This document shows positions 31,306 to 32,000 of a DNA stretch of 32,000 nt, piece after piece. The position numbers and the translations under genes were made by a program. Within the stretch, counting starts at the first letter, position 1, and every line of letters begins with the position of its first letter. The stretch is from Candidatus Saccharimonadota bacterium (GTDB lineage: Bacteria; Patescibacteriota; Saccharimonadia; Saccharimonadales; Saccharimonadaceae). The notes under the pieces were generated by a model that did no database searches, was not told the DNA's origin, and worked only from the letters and a program-made list of their open reading frames with translations. The DNA is taken from the NCBI RefSeq assembly GCF_025273655.1, contig NZ_CP045921.1:1-32000 (forward strand), given 5' to 3'.

Positions 31306-31411
31306 GATATCCTCCACTTTTCTCTAGGCTCTATCGACAGATAGTCCCTTTTAGTATAACAAAGGCAAGGTTATAATCAATAGCGACACTACTATAGACG
31401 TAAAAAGTACA

Positions 31412-32000
31412 ATGCTAGATTCACTATTTTCACGACTTGCACCCCACTACTGTTTGTCTTGTGGTCAGATTGGTGCGCAAATTTGCGAAAGTTGTTTTTA
31501 CGACATCGATTTAAGTGCTCGCCAGACCTGCTTCAAATGTCATAGACTACTCGTCTTACAACAGTGTATGTCTTGCCCGGAGCTGGCAGGTGTGCAGCAG
31601 TGCGTGCTGGCCGAACGTCGCGATGTGTTGGCATGTCTACTCGACGACTATAAATTTGGCTATAAGCGCGAAGCATCTCATATCATTGCGCGGGTCTTCG
31701 ATGAATATGTGCCATATTTGCCTACTAATACACATGTCGTCCCTGTCCCTACTTCAACGGCACATATCCGCAAGCGCGGCTTTGATCATACGTACGATAT
31801 TACGCGATATTTTGCGGCGCGCCGTAATCTTGGACATTCCTCCCTACTGGTCCGCTGTCATAACTACTCTCAGGTGGGCGCAAGTCGTGCCGAGCGCAAG
31901 CGACAAGCGCAGTCGGCATATAAATTGCGTGTAGATTACCTCGACAGCGACACATGTTATGCTGTATGCGATGACATTGTCACTACTGGCGCATCTATGC
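31412..32000 (+). CDS. comF: ComF/ComFC-family phosphoribosyltransferase-like competence protein (5' part; truncated by window end)
   Basis: Absent from the ORF track because it runs off the window. My own translation from ATG 31412 is stop-free to 32000: MLDSLFSRLAPHYCLSCGQIGAQICESCFYDI...CFKCHRLL...CMSCP (zinc-ribbon Cys pairs), ...VPVPTSTAHIRKRGFDH..., and the PRTase motif YAVCDDIVTTGAS at the edge. Confidence 0.8.
   Translation, partial: MLDSLFSRLAPHYCLSCGQIGAQICESCFYDIDLSARQTCFKCHRLLVLQQCMSCPELAGVQQCVLAERRDVLACLLDDYKFGYKREASHIIARVFDEYVPYLPTNTHVVPVPTSTAHIRKRGFDHTYDITRYFAARRNLGHSSLLVRCHNYSQVGASRAERKRQAQSAYKLRVDYLDSDTCYAVCDDIVTTGASM

Noticed and set aside
31306-31411. Heat-shock operator (CIRCE TTAGCACTC-N9-GAGTGCTAA or HAIR CTTGAGT-N7-ACTCAAG) or RNA thermometer upstream of hsp20.
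   Set aside because: Neither consensus is present. There is only a 5-bp-arm inverted repeat CTATC-GACA-GATAG (31331-31344) and overlapping divergent promoter-like hexamers (minus TTGATT-N16-TATACT 31380-31353; plus TATAAT 31372-31377). No anti-SD stretch is visible in the leader.
31515-31934. 139-aa plus-strand ORF from the track near the window end.
   Set aside because: It is out of frame with the stop-free comF-like reading frame starting at 31412. That frame carries clear zinc-ribbon and PRTase motifs, while this ORF's translation is featureless.
1-32000. Searched by eye for rRNA, tRNA, CRISPR arrays, IS/transposon ends and toxin-antitoxin pairs.
   Set aside because: Intergenic space is small (the largest gaps are about 285, 183, 144, 108 and 104 bp) and is accounted for by oriC, promoters and hairpins. 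I saw no cloverleaf-like sequence, no regularly spaced repeats and no terminal inverted repeats.

Overview
The window looks like the first 32 kb of a small bacterial chromosome. It opens at nt 1 with dnaA, followed by a DnaA-box-rich dnaA-dnaN spacer (candidate oriC), dnaN and recF. From the 3' end of recF, which it overlaps, to about 30.8 kb, nearly everything belongs to or is embedded in one large Gram-positive/CPR-style type IV secretion system (T4SS)-like locus. On the minus strand this locus holds two tandem VirB6/TrbL-like polytopic membrane proteins, an autonomous lipoprotein cassette and a PrgI/VirB3-like protein. It also holds a VirB4-like ATPase that appears split into two translationally coupled ORFs. 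Four very large peptidoglycan hydrolases follow (M23; M15-like; GH3 + lysozyme-like; lysozyme-like + NlpC/P60-like), along with several membrane-anchored PEGA/beta-propeller-like proteins. Diverging from it on the plus strand is an array of six paralogous VirB2/TrbC-like pilin genes. No relaxase, coupling protein, integrase or att-like repeat is visible. The window ends with an Hsp20 gene and a 3'-truncated comF-like gene. I found no rRNA, tRNA, CRISPR or transposon. The protein families and compact layout suggest a Patescibacteria/Saccharibacteria-like epibiont, but that is inference only. All family calls come from motifs read by eye, with no searches run. The main lead is that this origin-proximal locus is a T4SS-derived cell-envelope-breaching machine rather than a conjugative element.
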